A stretch of DNA of 54,360 nt from Gemmatimonadota bacterium (GTDB lineage: Bacteria; Gemmatimonadota; Gemmatimonadetes; Palauibacterales; Palauibacteraceae): contig JBDHAC010000023.1 of NCBI GenBank assembly GCA_039588275.1, positions 1-54,360 of the forward strand, written 5' to 3'. Position 1 is the first letter of the stretch; each line of letters begins with the position of its first letter. This document shows, piece after piece, positions 26,191 to 36,183 of this stretch. A program made the position numbers and the translations under genes. The notes beneath the pieces are model-generated. The model ran no database searches, was not told the origin of the DNA, and worked only from the letters and a program-made list of their open reading frames with translations.

Positions 26191-27203
26191 AGCCGGGTGG
26201 CCTCGAGCGGGACCTGCGCGAGGATCCGCAGGCGTTCGGCTTCTTCCAGGCCGTACGTCTGCTTCACAGATTGCACCCGGAGCGCCGCAGGGTCGGAGGG
26301 TTCGCACGTCCTTCGGATGAGGTGGTGCGATTCTCGGTCAATCCGAGCCTCGCATTCGCGGCGGGCGACGTCCAGGACCTTCACCTGGACCCCGAGGACT
26401 CCGATCGACCCGGCGAGATGCAGGTCAACTTCATGGGGCTCGTCGGGAATCAGGGCGTGCTACCCACGCACTACTCGCTGCTGGTGCGCGAAGAAAGACA
26501 CCAGGACGAGCGGCCGCTCACCGACTTCCTGAACATGTTCCAGCACCGGATGCTCTCGCTGTTCAGCGGGGCTTGGGAGCGATCACGGTTTTACGTTCCC
26601 TTCGAGCGCGAAGAGCCGGACCGGCTATCCGCTCGCCTTCTGGATCTGCTCGGGCTCGGCCAGGCGGAGCTGCGTCGACGCATGGGGGTCAGGGACGAGG
26701 CGTTCCTGTTCTACTGCGGGCTGCTGGGCATGCGACAGCGGGGAGCGATCGCGCTCGAGCAGTTGTTGGAGGACTACTTCGGCGTGCCGGTCGAGGTCGA
26801 GCAGTTCGTCGGCGGCTGGTATGGATTGTCGGAAGCCTCGCAATGCCTGGTCGATGACGAGCCACACGAGGACGCCGCGGGGCTGGGCGAGGGGACGGTG
26901 GTGGGCGACGAGGTGTGGGATCCGCAGGCGCGGGTGAGGGTTCGTGTGGGCCCGCTCGACCGCGACCGCTATGATGAATTCCTACCTGGCGGGACCGCGC
27001 ACCGAGCGATGCAGGCGATCACGAGCTTCTTCAGCGACGGCCAGTTCGACTTCGACATGCAGTTGGTGCTGGCGCGAGACGACGTACCGGGGGTCGTGCT
27101 CGGAGCTGAAACGGACGAAGAGACGCTCCCCCTCGGCTGGTGCACGTGGATCCGCACCAAACCGTTCGACCGGGACGCGGACGAAACGACGCTCTCATTA
27201 TAG
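26154..27203 (+). CDS. tssG: T6SS baseplate TssG
   Basis: FGFFQAVRLL, NFMGLVG.QGVLPTHY, DFLNMFQHR, FLPGG and LGWCTW. Confidence 0.96.
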   Translation: MATESGTPDAGLEPGGLERDLREDPQAFGFFQAVRLLHRLHPERRRVGGFARPSDEVVRFSVNPSLAFAAGDVQDLHLDPEDSDRPGEMQVNFMGLVGNQGVLPTHYSLLVREERHQDERPLTDFLNMFQHRMLSLFSGAWERSRFYVPFEREEPDRLSARLLDLLGLGQAELRRRMGVRDEAFLFYCGLLGMRQRGAIALEQLLEDYFGVPVEVEQFVGGWYGLSEASQCLVDDEPHEDAAGLGEGTVVGDEVWDPQARVRVRVGPLDRDRYDEFLPGGTAHRAMQAITSFFSDGQFDFDMQLVLARDDVPGVVLGAETDEETLPLGWCTWIRTKPFDRDADETTLSL

Positions 27204-27217
27204 GGCTGGGGTCGACC

Positions 27218-30052
27218 ATGAACGTGAATCTGAAGACGCTGATCGGGAAGCTGAATCCGCACGCCCGTAACGCAGTCGAGGCCGCGGCCGGGTTGTGCGT
27301 GAGCCGCACTCACTACGATGTGGAAGTCGAGCACTACTTGATGAAGCTGCTCGACGACAACGACGGCGATGTGACTCAGATCCTCAAGCACTTCGACGTG
27401 GATCGGGCCCGGCTCGCGCGGGATCTGACCGCGAGCCTCGATCGACTCAAAACGGGGAACGCCCGCACGCCCGCGCTCAGCCCCAGCCTGGTCCAGATGC
27501 TCTCGGATGGGTGGCTGTTCGGCTCGATCGAGCTTGGAGCTGGGGAGATTCGGACGGGCTTCACGATCGTGTCGTTGATGACGACCCCGGAGCTCCGCCG
27601 GCTCGCGAGCGGTACCAGCGAGGAGTTCGACCGGATCTCCACCGAGACGCTGCGCAACGAGTTCGACAAGATCGTGTCCCGCTCGGCCGAGGAGACGCTG
27701 GTAACCGAGGCGGCCGCGCCGGGAGCGCCTCGCGCACCCGTAAAGGGCGGCAAGCTCGACCAGTACACGCTCGACATGACCGAGCGAGCGCGTCAGGGCC
27801 AGCTAGACCCCGTGCTCGGTCGTGACTTCGAGATCCGGCAGATCGTCGACATCCTCACCCGCCGGCGTCAGAACAACCCGATCCTGGTCGGCGAAGCGGG
27901 GGTGGGTAAGACCGCGGTGGTCGAGGGGTTTGCGATGCGAGTCGTCGACGGCGATGTGCCGGACGTGCTCAAGAACGTGTCCATCCGCACGCTGGATCTG
28001 GCCCTGCTCCAGGCGGGCGCCGGGGTGAAAGGCGAATTCGAGAACCGGCTCAAGGGCCTCATCAACGAGGTCAAGTCGTCGCCCAGCCCGATCGTTCTGT
28101 TCATCGACGAAGCACACACGATGATCGGTGCGGGAGGCGCGGCCGGTCAGGGCGATGCCGCCAATCTGCTCAAGCCGGCCCTCGCGCGGGGCGAGCTTCG
28201 CACGGTCGCTGCTACGACCTGGTCCGAGTACAAGAAGTACATCGAAAAGGATCCGGCGCTCACCCGCCGTTTCCAGCTGATCAAGGTGGAGGAGCCCAGC
28301 GAAGAGGCGTGCCAGGTCATGATGCGGGGCGTGGTGCCGCGCCTCGAAAAGCACCACAAGGTCCGGATCCTGGACGATGGGATGGAGGCCGCCGTCCGGC
28401 TTTCGGCCCGGTACCTCTCCGAGCGCCAACTGCCGGACAAGGCCGTCAGCGTCCTGGACACCGCCTGTGCGCGTCTCGCGCTCGGTCAGAGCGCCACGCC
28501 ACCCCCGATCGAGAACGCCACCCGGCGGCTGGATGATCTTACGGTGCAGCAGCGCATACTCGAGCGGGAGATGGCGGTCGGCGCCGACCACGCGGAGCGT
28601 GTGGCGGCGATCGAGGAGGAGCGCGGGCGAACGGAGATCGAGCTCGCGGAGCTTCGGGAGCGCTGGGAGCGGGAACGTGATCTCGTGACACGCATCCGCG
28701 GGCTACGCGAGCAGCTTGAGGCGCTCGTGGAAGGGCCGAACGGAGATCAGCCGCCGGAAGCCGAGGAGGCAGCTCCGGCCGCCGAGGCAGGAGAGGCGGC
28801 GGCAGACCCCGAGGCCGATGAGACGGCGGCAGACACCGAGGCCGAGCCGCCACCGGGCACCGAGCCCGAGGAAGCCACGACACCCGTTGCCGAAGCCGAG
28901 CCGGCTGCCGATCCGGACGAGCTGCGCACCGAGCTGCTGAAGCTCGACGCTGAGCTGGAGACCCTGCAAGGCGAGGATCCGCTCGTGCCCGTCTGCGTGG
29001 ACCACGAGTTGGTCGGTCAGGTGATCTCGGGCTGGACCGGAATCCCCGTCGGGAAGATGCTCCGCGACGAGGTCACCACTGCGCTCAGCCTCGAGAGCTA
29101 CCTCGGGGAGCGAATCATCGGGCAGGACCACGCCCTCGAGATTGTGAGCCACCGCATTCGCACCTCCCACGCCAACATCGAAGACCCCAACAAGCCAAAA
29201 GGTGTCTTCCTGTTCGTGGGGCCGAGCGGTGTAGGGAAGACCGAGACGGCGCTCGCCCTCGCCGATCTCCTGTACGGTGGCGAGCATAATCTGATCACGA
29301 TCAACATGTCCGAGTTCCAGGAAGCGCACACGGTCGCGACACTCAAGGGCTCGCCGCCCGGCTACGTCGGCTACGGGGAGGGCGGCGTGTTGACCGAGGC
29401 CGTGCGCCGACGCCCGTATTCGGTCGTGCTGCTCGACGAGATCGAGAAGGCCCACCCAGATGTCCTGGAGCTCTTCTTCCAGGTGTTCGACAAGGGGAGG
29501 TTGGACGACGCCGAGGGCCGGCAGATCAACTTCAAGAATACGATCATCATCCTGACCACGAACGCGGGCACGGACACGATCATGAACCTGTGCGACGACC
29601 CCGAGACCCAGCCGAATTGGGAGGGGTTGATCAAAGCACTGAAGCCCGAGCTCAATCAGCTGTTCAAGCCCGCCTTCCTCGGCCGCATGGTGATGATCCC
29701 ATTCTTCCCGCTTCGGGACGCAGCGCTCGAGACGATCGTGCGGCTCAAGCTCAAGAAGATCGTCGGCCGGTTGGGCGAGGTCCACTCCGCCGCGATGGGT
29801 TACGACGATCTGCTGGTCAGCGAGATCGCGAGTCGTTGCACCGAGGTGGAGAGCGGCGCGAGGAACATCGACAACATCCTGACCAACACACTGCTCCCGG
29901 ACCTCTCGAGGGTTCTGCTGGAGGCGATGGTCGAAGGGGACACGCCGGAGCGCGTGCACGTGACCCTCGACGACCAGGGGCAGTTCGAATATCAGCTGGA
30001 TGGTGAGGCCCCGGCTCTCCAGGTGGAGGCGGCCGAGCCCGCGCCCGCATAG
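27218..30052 (+). CDS. tssH: T6SS AAA+ ATPase ClpV
   Basis: [34 protein letters not shown] and SGARNID; ClpV-type N-terminus. Confidence 0.97.
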   Translation: MNVNLKTLIGKLNPHARNAVEAAAGLCVSRTHYDVEVEHYLMKLLDDNDGDVTQILKHFDVDRARLARDLTASLDRLKTGNARTPALSPSLVQMLSDGWLFGSIELGAGEIRTGFTIVSLMTTPELRRLASGTSEEFDRISTETLRNEFDKIVSRSAEETLVTEAAAPGAPRAPVKGGKLDQYTLDMTERARQGQLDPVLGRDFEIRQIVDILTRRRQNNPILVGEAGVGKTAVVEGFAMRVVDGDVPDVLKNVSIRTLDLALLQAGAGVKGEFENRLKGLINEVKSSPSPIVLFIDEAHTMIGAGGAAGQGDAANLLKPALARGELRTVAATTWSEYKKYIEKDPALTRRFQLIKVEEPSEEACQVMMRGVVPRLEKHHKVRILDDGMEAAVRLSARYLSERQLPDKAVSVLDTACARLALGQSATPPPIENATRRLDDLTVQQRILEREMAVGADHAERVAAIEEERGRTEIELAELRERWERERDLVTRIRGLREQLEALVEGPNGDQPPEAEEAAPAAEAGEAAADPEADETAADTEAEPPPGTEPEEATTPVAEAEPAADPDELRTELLKLDAELETLQGEDPLVPVCVDHELVGQVISGWTGIPVGKMLRDEVTTALSLESYLGERIIGQDHALEIVSHRIRTSHANIEDPNKPKGVFLFVGPSGVGKTETALALADLLYGGEHNLITINMSEFQEAHTVATLKGSPPGYVGYGEGGVLTEAVRRRPYSVVLLDEIEKAHPDVLELFFQVFDKGRLDDAEGRQINFKNTIIILTTNAGTDTIMNLCDDPETQPNWEGLIKALKPELNQLFKPAFLGRMVMIPFFPLRDAALETIVRLKLKKIVGRLGEVHSAAMGYDDLLVSEIASRCTEVESGARNIDNILTNTLLPDLSRVLLEAMVEGDTPERVHVTLDDQGQFEYQLDGEAPALQVEAAEPAPA

Positions 30053-30103
30053 GGTGTGACTGCATAAGGACAGAGCGAGTTCTCGTACAAGTGAGGCCCT
30101 CTT

Positions 30104-32125
30104 ATGGGGAGCTACTCCCAGTCCGACCGTGCGTTCAGAGTCGACACACCGCTCGGCGAGGACGAGCTGCTTCTGGAGGGGTTTGACGGCCAGGAGCAGG
30201 TCTCCACCCCGTTTCACTTCACGCTAGAGCTGCTGTCGGAGAAGGACTCGATCAAGGCGGACGACCTGCTGGGTCAGCCGGTGAGCTTCTCCGTGCGGCT
30301 GGCGGATGACTCGGATCGCTACTTCCACGGGATCGTCAACCGCTTCCACCAGCACGGGAAGAGCGAGGATCTCACGTCGTACGAAGCCGAGGTCGTACCC
30401 TGGTTCTGGTTCCTCTCGCTGACGTGCGATTGCCGCGTGTTCCAGAACATGACGGCGCTGGACATCATCGAAGAGATCTTCGGCAAGTACCCGGATGCCG
30501 ACTATCAGCTCAAGTGCATCGGCACGTGCCCGGAGCGGGAGTATTGCGTGCAGTATCGGGAGAGCGATCGCGATTTCGTGTCCCGGCTGATGGAGGAGGA
30601 GGGGATCTACTACTTCTTCGAGCATTCCTCCGACGGGCACAAGCTGACGTTGGTGGACGACCCGAGCATGATCGACCCCTGCGGGGTGCAGTCTGAATAC
30701 CAGGTCGCCACCACGCCCGAGGCCTGGCTCGAAGAAGACGTCATCACGGAGCTGCGGCGGGAGCACGAGGTGAACACGGAGCGCGTCACGCTTCGGGACT
30801 ACGACTACCTGAAACCCTCGAACCAGCTCGAGGCCTCACAGGGGTCGGACGCCGGAGGCGAGTTCTACGATTACCCAGGCAGCTACACCGAGCTGAACCA
30901 GGGAGAGCGCTACGCCACGCTCCTGCTCGAAGAGAGATCGTCGGATTACGAAGTCGTTCGCGGCACGAGCACGTGTCGCACGCTCACGACGGGCTACAGC
31001 TTCGACCTGAAGGACTACTACATCGCCGACGCGAACCAGAAGTACATCGTGATCGGCGCCTGGCACAGCGCTCAGGGCGGCGGATACCGAACAGGCGGAC
31101 CCGAGACGACCTATACGAACCAGTTCGAGTGCGTCCCGGCGAACAAGCCGTATCGACCCCCACGGCGCACGCTGAAACCGGTGGTGCAGGGATCACAGAC
31201 CGCAGTCGTGGTTGGACCGTCCGGAGAAGAGATCTACACCGACGATCATGATCGGGTGAAGATCCAGTTCCACTGGGACCGGTTGGGAGGCAAGGACGAG
31301 AACAGCTCGTGCTGGGTGCGCGTGGCTACTCCGTGGGCGGGGAAGGGGTACGGGTCCGTCTCCATCCCCAGGATCGACAACGAGGTGCTCGTCGACTTCC
31401 TCGAAGGGGACCCCGACCGACCGATCGTCGTGGGGAGCGTCTATAACGCCGACCAGACACCCCCGACCGGCAACATCGAGCAAGGCATCAAGTCGCGCAG
31501 CTCGAAGGGTGGGGGGGGCTACAACCAGATCACGGTCGAGGACAGTAAAGGGAAAGAGGTCATCACGATTCACGGTCAGTTCGACATGAACACGACCGTG
31601 GAGCATGACCAGACGGAGTCCGTGGGCAACGACCAGACCGAGAGCGTGGGCCACGACCGGAAGCGGGATGTCGGGAACAACGAGACGATCAAGATCGGCT
31701 CCAACCTGAAGAGCACCGTCGGTAAGAACGAGAACGCGACCGTCATGCTGACCCGCACCCGCATGGTCGGCGTGAACGAGTCCATCAACGTCGGCGCCGC
31801 TCAGGAAGTGACGGTGGGCGCCGCGCGAGCCCTCACGGTGGGCGTCGATCAGAGCACGGACATCGGCAACAACCTTTCACTGAGCGTGGGTGATACCCGA
31901 ACGGGGCAGATTGGGAAAGATGACATGCTTCAGGTCGGAAAGAACCTCGTCATCGACGCCGGAGATCAGATCACCGTCAAGACCGGCAAGGCATCGATCA
32001 CCATGAAGAAGGACGGAACCATCGCGATCAGCGGGAAGGACATATCGATCAAGGGCAGCGGCAAGATCGATGTGAAGGCGTCGAAGAACATCACTATGAA
32101 GGGCAAGAAGATCCTGCAGAACTAG
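30104..32125 (+). CDS. vgrG: T6SS spike VgrG (no C-terminal effector extension)
   Basis: YCVQYRESD, GSQTAVVVG, RVKIQFHWDR, SCWVRV and FLEGDPDRP; gp5-type VGxD/N repeats. Confidence 0.97.
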   Translation: MGSYSQSDRAFRVDTPLGEDELLLEGFDGQEQVSTPFHFTLELLSEKDSIKADDLLGQPVSFSVRLADDSDRYFHGIVNRFHQHGKSEDLTSYEAEVVPWFWFLSLTCDCRVFQNMTALDIIEEIFGKYPDADYQLKCIGTCPEREYCVQYRESDRDFVSRLMEEEGIYYFFEHSSDGHKLTLVDDPSMIDPCGVQSEYQVATTPEAWLEEDVITELRREHEVNTERVTLRDYDYLKPSNQLEASQGSDAGGEFYDYPGSYTELNQGERYATLLLEERSSDYEVVRGTSTCRTLTTGYSFDLKDYYIADANQKYIVIGAWHSAQGGGYRTGGPETTYTNQFECVPANKPYRPPRRTLKPVVQGSQTAVVVGPSGEEIYTDDHDRVKIQFHWDRLGGKDENSSCWVRVATPWAGKGYGSVSIPRIDNEVLVDFLEGDPDRPIVVGSVYNADQTPPTGNIEQGIKSRSSKGGGGYNQITVEDSKGKEVITIHGQFDMNTTVEHDQTESVGNDQTESVGHDRKRDVGNNETIKIGSNLKSTVGKNENATVMLTRTRMVGVNESINVGAAQEVTVGAARALTVGVDQSTDIGNNLSLSVGDTRTGQIGKDDMLQVGKNLVIDAGDQITVKTGKASITMKKDGTIAISGKDISIKGSGKIDVKASKNITMKGKKILQN

Positions 32126-32162
32126 GTCTGCCGCGCCGTGTGAACTGGGTCTGCCACACCGC

Positions 32163-32762
32163 GTGAATTCTCAGAAGCCAAGGAGAGTTGTCGTGTCGAG
32201 TCAGCCAACCAGGACGCGTCAGGACCGAGCGGAGAGCCGCAGAACGCAACCGGCGACCGACGAACGAATCGATGGAATCGCGATCGGAACCCTCGTGCGG
32301 GGCCACGGAGTCCCCGAGCCACTGGTCGATTATCCGGGTAACCCCGTTGGCGGGCCGGTCGCTGCCACGTCGACCGTTACGACCTCTGAAGAGGATGTCG
32401 GCCGCCGGGTAGCACTCGCTTTTCAGACCGGCGATCCCGAGCGGCCCGTGATCCTCGGGTTCATCCGGCACCCTGAAGCCATTTCCCACCACGACTCTGA
32501 CGACGCAAAACGGGTGGAGGTCGCTCCGGCCACCGAGTCGGAAGGAGCCCCCGGCCCAGAGACCGCCCACGGCACCGTCGTGCGAGCCGCTCTCGACGGC
32601 GACCGCCTCGAGCTGACCGCAGGCCGGGAGATCGTCCTTCGCTGTGGGAAGGCGAGCATCACCCTCACGCGTGCCGGGAAGGTGTTAATCCGGGGCGCAT
32701 ACCTCCTGAATCGCTCTTCCGGAGTGAACCGGATCAAGGGAGGCTCGGTCCAGATCAACTAG
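32163..32762 (+). CDS. DUF6484-like (gp5 OB-fold fragment) T6SS accessory protein
   Basis: VALAFQTGDPERPVILG and EIVLRCGKASITLTRAGKVLIRGAYLLNRSSGVNRIKGGSVQIN; follows vgrG. Start uncertain. Confidence 0.8.
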   Translation: MNSQKPRRVVVSSQPTRTRQDRAESRRTQPATDERIDGIAIGTLVRGHGVPEPLVDYPGNPVGGPVAATSTVTTSEEDVGRRVALAFQTGDPERPVILGFIRHPEAISHHDSDDAKRVEVAPATESEGAPGPETAHGTVVRAALDGDRLELTAGREIVLRCGKASITLTRAGKVLIRGAYLLNRSSGVNRIKGGSVQIN

Positions 32763-32789
32763 GATTCCCGTCAGACTGAGGACGCGGTC

Positions 32790-33899
32790 GTGGAGCTGAT
32801 CAACGCCACGAAGATGCCGGCCGAGTACACGCTTGGCCTCGACCCCGACGGCCGGGAACGGGTCGTCGTGGTCGTGAAGGGTACGTTCACTCTCCCCCTC
32901 GACGGGAGCCAACCGGAGCTGGCGGAGGAACAGGTCCCCCTCGTGATGGCCGATGAGTTCACGGGCGAGCCCGGGTTCTCCGCGCCCCTGTACGAGTCCG
33001 AATTCGCGCCGCACAAGCCGAGGTGCGACGTGGTACTGAACGGGAGCGCGCACGCGCCGAACGGGGTTCCAGCCTACGAGATGATGGTGGGCGTCCGCGT
33101 AGGCCCGATCGAGAAGTTCTTCAACGTCGTGGGAGATCGCGTGTGGCAAGAGGACGCGCTCGGGGCCCAGCCAAGCCAGCACCCGGCCTTCAGCCGGATG
33201 CCAATCTCGTATGATCGAGCGTGGGGTGGGGTGGACAGGGACCCCGACGACCCAGAGATCGCGAAGGCCTACATGGCGAACCCCGTCGGGGTGGGCTACT
33301 ACCCGCTCTCGGTGGGAGATGCGCTGAATGGCCAATCCTTGCCCAACACCGAGGAACTCGGCAATCCGATCGGTGACCGTGCGGGCAAGTACCGGCCGAT
33401 GTCGTTCGGTCCGATCGGCCGCCACTTCGAGCCGCGCCTCGCGTACGCTGGAACCTACGACGACGAGTGGCTCGAGAACGTGTTTCCATTCCTCCCGACG
33501 GACTTCGACCCGCGTTACTTCCAGTGCGCTCCCGAGGATCAGCAGATGGACTATCCGGTCGGAGGAGAGTGGGTCGAGCTCACCGGCCTCACGCCACAGG
33601 GCCGGACGCTGTTCCAGATCCCGGAGATCGGCCTCCCGGTAGAGTTCACCGACCAGGACTTCAAGCGTGAGGAGATGGCGGCCGTCATCGACACCCTCAT
33701 GATCGAACCCGACGAAGGACGCTTCAGTATGACCTGGCGCGCGTCGAGGCCGCTGAGGCAGAACATCTTCGAAGTCGTGACGTGTGTGGTCGGGCGCATG
33801 CCGCGGGGATGGTACCGGGCGCGCACCCTCGGGAAGGACTACTACTCGTCGATCCACGAGTTTGTCGCCGCTCGCGTCGAAGAGGCCGAACCGGCATGA
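32790..33899 (+). CDS. DUF2169 T6SS effector adaptor
   Basis: VVVVKGTF, KPRCDVVLNGSA, VGDRVW, NPVGVG, YAGTYD and DFDPRYFQCAPEDQQ. Confidence 0.92.
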   Translation: MELINATKMPAEYTLGLDPDGRERVVVVVKGTFTLPLDGSQPELAEEQVPLVMADEFTGEPGFSAPLYESEFAPHKPRCDVVLNGSAHAPNGVPAYEMMVGVRVGPIEKFFNVVGDRVWQEDALGAQPSQHPAFSRMPISYDRAWGGVDRDPDDPEIAKAYMANPVGVGYYPLSVGDALNGQSLPNTEELGNPIGDRAGKYRPMSFGPIGRHFEPRLAYAGTYDDEWLENVFPFLPTDFDPRYFQCAPEDQQMDYPVGGEWVELTGLTPQGRTLFQIPEIGLPVEFTDQDFKREEMAAVIDTLMIEPDEGRFSMTWRASRPLRQNIFEVVTCVVGRMPRGWYRARTLGKDYYSSIHEFVAARVEEAEPA

Positions 33900-33936
33900 C
33901 GAGGCTCACGCGCGTCGCCTTGGCCGAGGCAGAACC

Positions 33937-34950
33937 TTGAGCGCGATCGAGATCCTCCGAACCGGGATGGTCACCGGCGTTGGTCTCGACGCCCCTTCGA
34001 GCTGCGCGGCCATACGCAGCGGAATCGCGGGCTTCGAAGAAACCCGCTTCATGTTCGACGGTGAGTGGCTACTCGGTTGTGAAGTGCCTCACGAAGAGCC
34101 GTGGAGGGGGCGGGAGAAGCACGTCTGCATGGTCGTCCCCGCGATTCAGGAATGCCTGGGGGGCCTCGACGGCGTCCCGCCGCAGCACGTTCCCCTACTT
34201 CTCTGCCTGGCTGAGGAGGAGCGTCCGGGTCGTATGCCGGGGCTCGACGAGAGCTTGCTGCCAGAGATCGAACAGCGGCTCGGCGTCCGCTTTCACCCTT
34301 GGTCACGCATCTTCGCGAATGGCGGCGTCGGGGGCGCCCAGGCGCTTGACTACTGCCGCACCGTCCTCGCAAACGGTCGCTCTCGCTGCCTCATCGCTGG
34401 TGTCGACTCCTTCCTCTCCGCCCGGACCCTGGAGGCCTACCATGCCGTGCACCGACTCCTGACCAAGCGGAACTCGGACGGCTTCATCCCCGGCGAGGCA
34501 GGGGCGGCGACGCTGATCGGACCTGAAGGCTCCGGAGGTGTCGTTCGCTGCACGGGGATCGGCTACGGGGCGGAGCCCGCCCCGATCGGCTCCGGCGAGC
34601 CGCTGCGAGCTGACGGTCTAGTCCAGGCGTTCCGCGCAGCGCTCGCGGACGCGGGCTGGGATCTCGGCCAGGTCGATTACCGCATCACCGACGTGAGCGG
34701 CGAGCAGTACGGCTTCAAGGAGGCCGCGCTCGCTCTGACCCGGGTTCTCCGTGAGAGGAAAGAGGAGTTCGATATCTGGCACCCCGCCGACTGCATCGGC
34801 GAGACAGGCGCCGCGGTGGTGCCGATCCTGCTGACCGTCGCCGGAGCCGCGGCCGCGAAGGAGTACGCGCCCGGCCGCCGCGCGATCGTCCACGTCGCGG
34901 GTGACAACGCCCTGCGGGCGGTCTTTCTACTTGATGCCTCGGTAGCCTGA
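33937..34950 (+). CDS. PRK06147-like thiolase-fold (3-oxoacyl-ACP synthase-like) T6SS accessory protein
   Basis: GMVTGVGLDAPSSCAAIRSG, GVDSF, GFIPGEAG, GEQYGFKE and HPADCIGETGAA; TTG start after GAGG. Confidence 0.88.
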   Translation: MSAIEILRTGMVTGVGLDAPSSCAAIRSGIAGFEETRFMFDGEWLLGCEVPHEEPWRGREKHVCMVVPAIQECLGGLDGVPPQHVPLLLCLAEEERPGRMPGLDESLLPEIEQRLGVRFHPWSRIFANGGVGGAQALDYCRTVLANGRSRCLIAGVDSFLSARTLEAYHAVHRLLTKRNSDGFIPGEAGAATLIGPEGSGGVVRCTGIGYGAEPAPIGSGEPLRADGLVQAFRAALADAGWDLGQVDYRITDVSGEQYGFKEAALALTRVLRERKEEFDIWHPADCIGETGAAVVPILLTVAGAAAAKEYAPGRRAIVHVAGDNALRAVFLLDASVA

Positions 34951-36182
34951 TGGCGAACGACGTCTTCGCGAACGGACGCGAGATTTCCTGCAAGGCGAGC
35001 AGCGGCAAGTCAATTTGCGCCTTTCCCGACGTATGTATGACCCCGCCGGAGAATCCGGCCACGCCGCCCGGTGTCCCAGTTCCATATCCAAACACTGGGA
35101 TGGCTAGCGACACCACATCGGGCAGTAAGAAGGTCAAGATTTCCAAGAAGGAGGTGATGCTCAAGAACAAGTCCAACTTTAAGAAAAGCATGGGAAACGA
35201 GGCCGGCTGCGCCGCCAAGAAAGGAGTTGTCACCAGCACGAATCACCCCCCCGGCGCACCCAGCGGTGGAAAAGCCTATTTCAACGCCTGGTCAATGGAT
35301 GTGAAGATCGAGGGGCAGAATGCCGTTCGGCATCTGGACCTGACGACGCACAATCATGCCTCCTTGCCTACGAACGCACCCCCACAGGTTCACACGGCGC
35401 TGATGGCGGCTGCGAAGATCTCGGAGTGTTCAGATGCTGTCTCAGAGGTTCTAAGAGAGTGCGAACCGTGGGATGAAAAAGCCAAGTGCCCGGAAGAGCA
35501 GGAGGCTCGCATCGATAAGGCTAAGGCGGATCGCGATGCTACAAAGCAGCGGCTCAAGGACTCCGGTCTGAGCGACAACGCAGCGCGGAACCATCCCTCC
35601 TATTCAGCGGCACAAGCGCTGCTGAACGACGAATTCATGGCCTATACGGGCGAGATCTCAAAGAATAAGTGCCGTAAGGCCATGCGCTGTATTCTAATGC
35701 CCTACAAAGATATGAAGAAGAAGGACAAAGATGGGAACTTCACGGTCAAGTGTCGGCACCAGACGCCGGAGCACCTAATCGAACAGTCCAGTGCCGCCGG
35801 GGTGGGCGACTACAAGCTGGAGGATGCTCCCTGTGCTTTTACCGAAGGTACGTCTTGGCACTTGGGCGAACACGGGGTGATGAGTGCTGCGCGCAGGGAT
35901 CTCCACCAAGACTGGGCCAGTCAAAACCCGGGTGCCCCCTACGACACCGCCACAGCAGCGAAGATCGGTGCCGAAGCGCACAACGATAGTAACGTAGCGT
36001 CGGACTGCGATCCGGTCTGCACCGAGAAGCAGCTCCTTGAGGGTCACCGAAAGATGAACGTACAGGATTCCGATCAACTTGATCCAACCCAGACTGGTAT
36101 CGCCGACGCAGAAGAGCAAGCTCGCCGCAAGGAAATCATGGAGTTACAACAGGCACAGCTGATGGATCGTGCGGGCGGATAG
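34950..36182 (+). CDS. PAAR-like DUF4150 effector with a Tox-GHH2-like HNH nuclease C-terminus (Tse7-like)
   Basis: AFPDVC.TPP, PVPYPN and SMDVKIEGQNAVRHLDLTTHNH; C-terminal RC.L.PY...QTPEHLI...APCAFTEG...GEHG...C.PVC.EKQL. Confidence 0.85.
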   Translation: MANDVFANGREISCKASSGKSICAFPDVCMTPPENPATPPGVPVPYPNTGMASDTTSGSKKVKISKKEVMLKNKSNFKKSMGNEAGCAAKKGVVTSTNHPPGAPSGGKAYFNAWSMDVKIEGQNAVRHLDLTTHNHASLPTNAPPQVHTALMAAAKISECSDAVSEVLRECEPWDEKAKCPEEQEARIDKAKADRDATKQRLKDSGLSDNAARNHPSYSAAQALLNDEFMAYTGEISKNKCRKAMRCILMPYKDMKKKDKDGNFTVKCRHQTPEHLIEQSSAAGVGDYKLEDAPCAFTEGTSWHLGEHGVMSAARRDLHQDWASQNPGAPYDTATAAKIGAEAHNDSNVASDCDPVCTEKQLLEGHRKMNVQDSDQLDPTQTGIADAEEQARRKEIMELQQAQLMDRAGG

Positions 36183-36183
36183 T

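Noticed and set aside
28703..30217. 504-aa minus-strand ORF, and similar long antisense ORFs such as 37376-38683, 19965-20972, 32685-33857 and 46432-47541
   Set aside because: They are shadows of clearly identifiable genes (clpV, TIGR02270, tssC, DUF2169, decarboxylase) in high-GC DNA and have no motifs of their own.
31600..31900. 24-nt periodic repeats in vgrG as a possible CRISPR or tandem array
   Set aside because: These are the normal 8-residue gp5 beta-helix repeats (DQTESVGN); there are no spacers or cas genes.
33937..34950. Ketosynthase-like gene as a sign of a fatty-acid or polyketide cluster
   Set aside because: There is no ACP or other biosynthetic gene nearby, and its position between DUF2169 and DUF4150 identifies it as the known T6SS accessory family.
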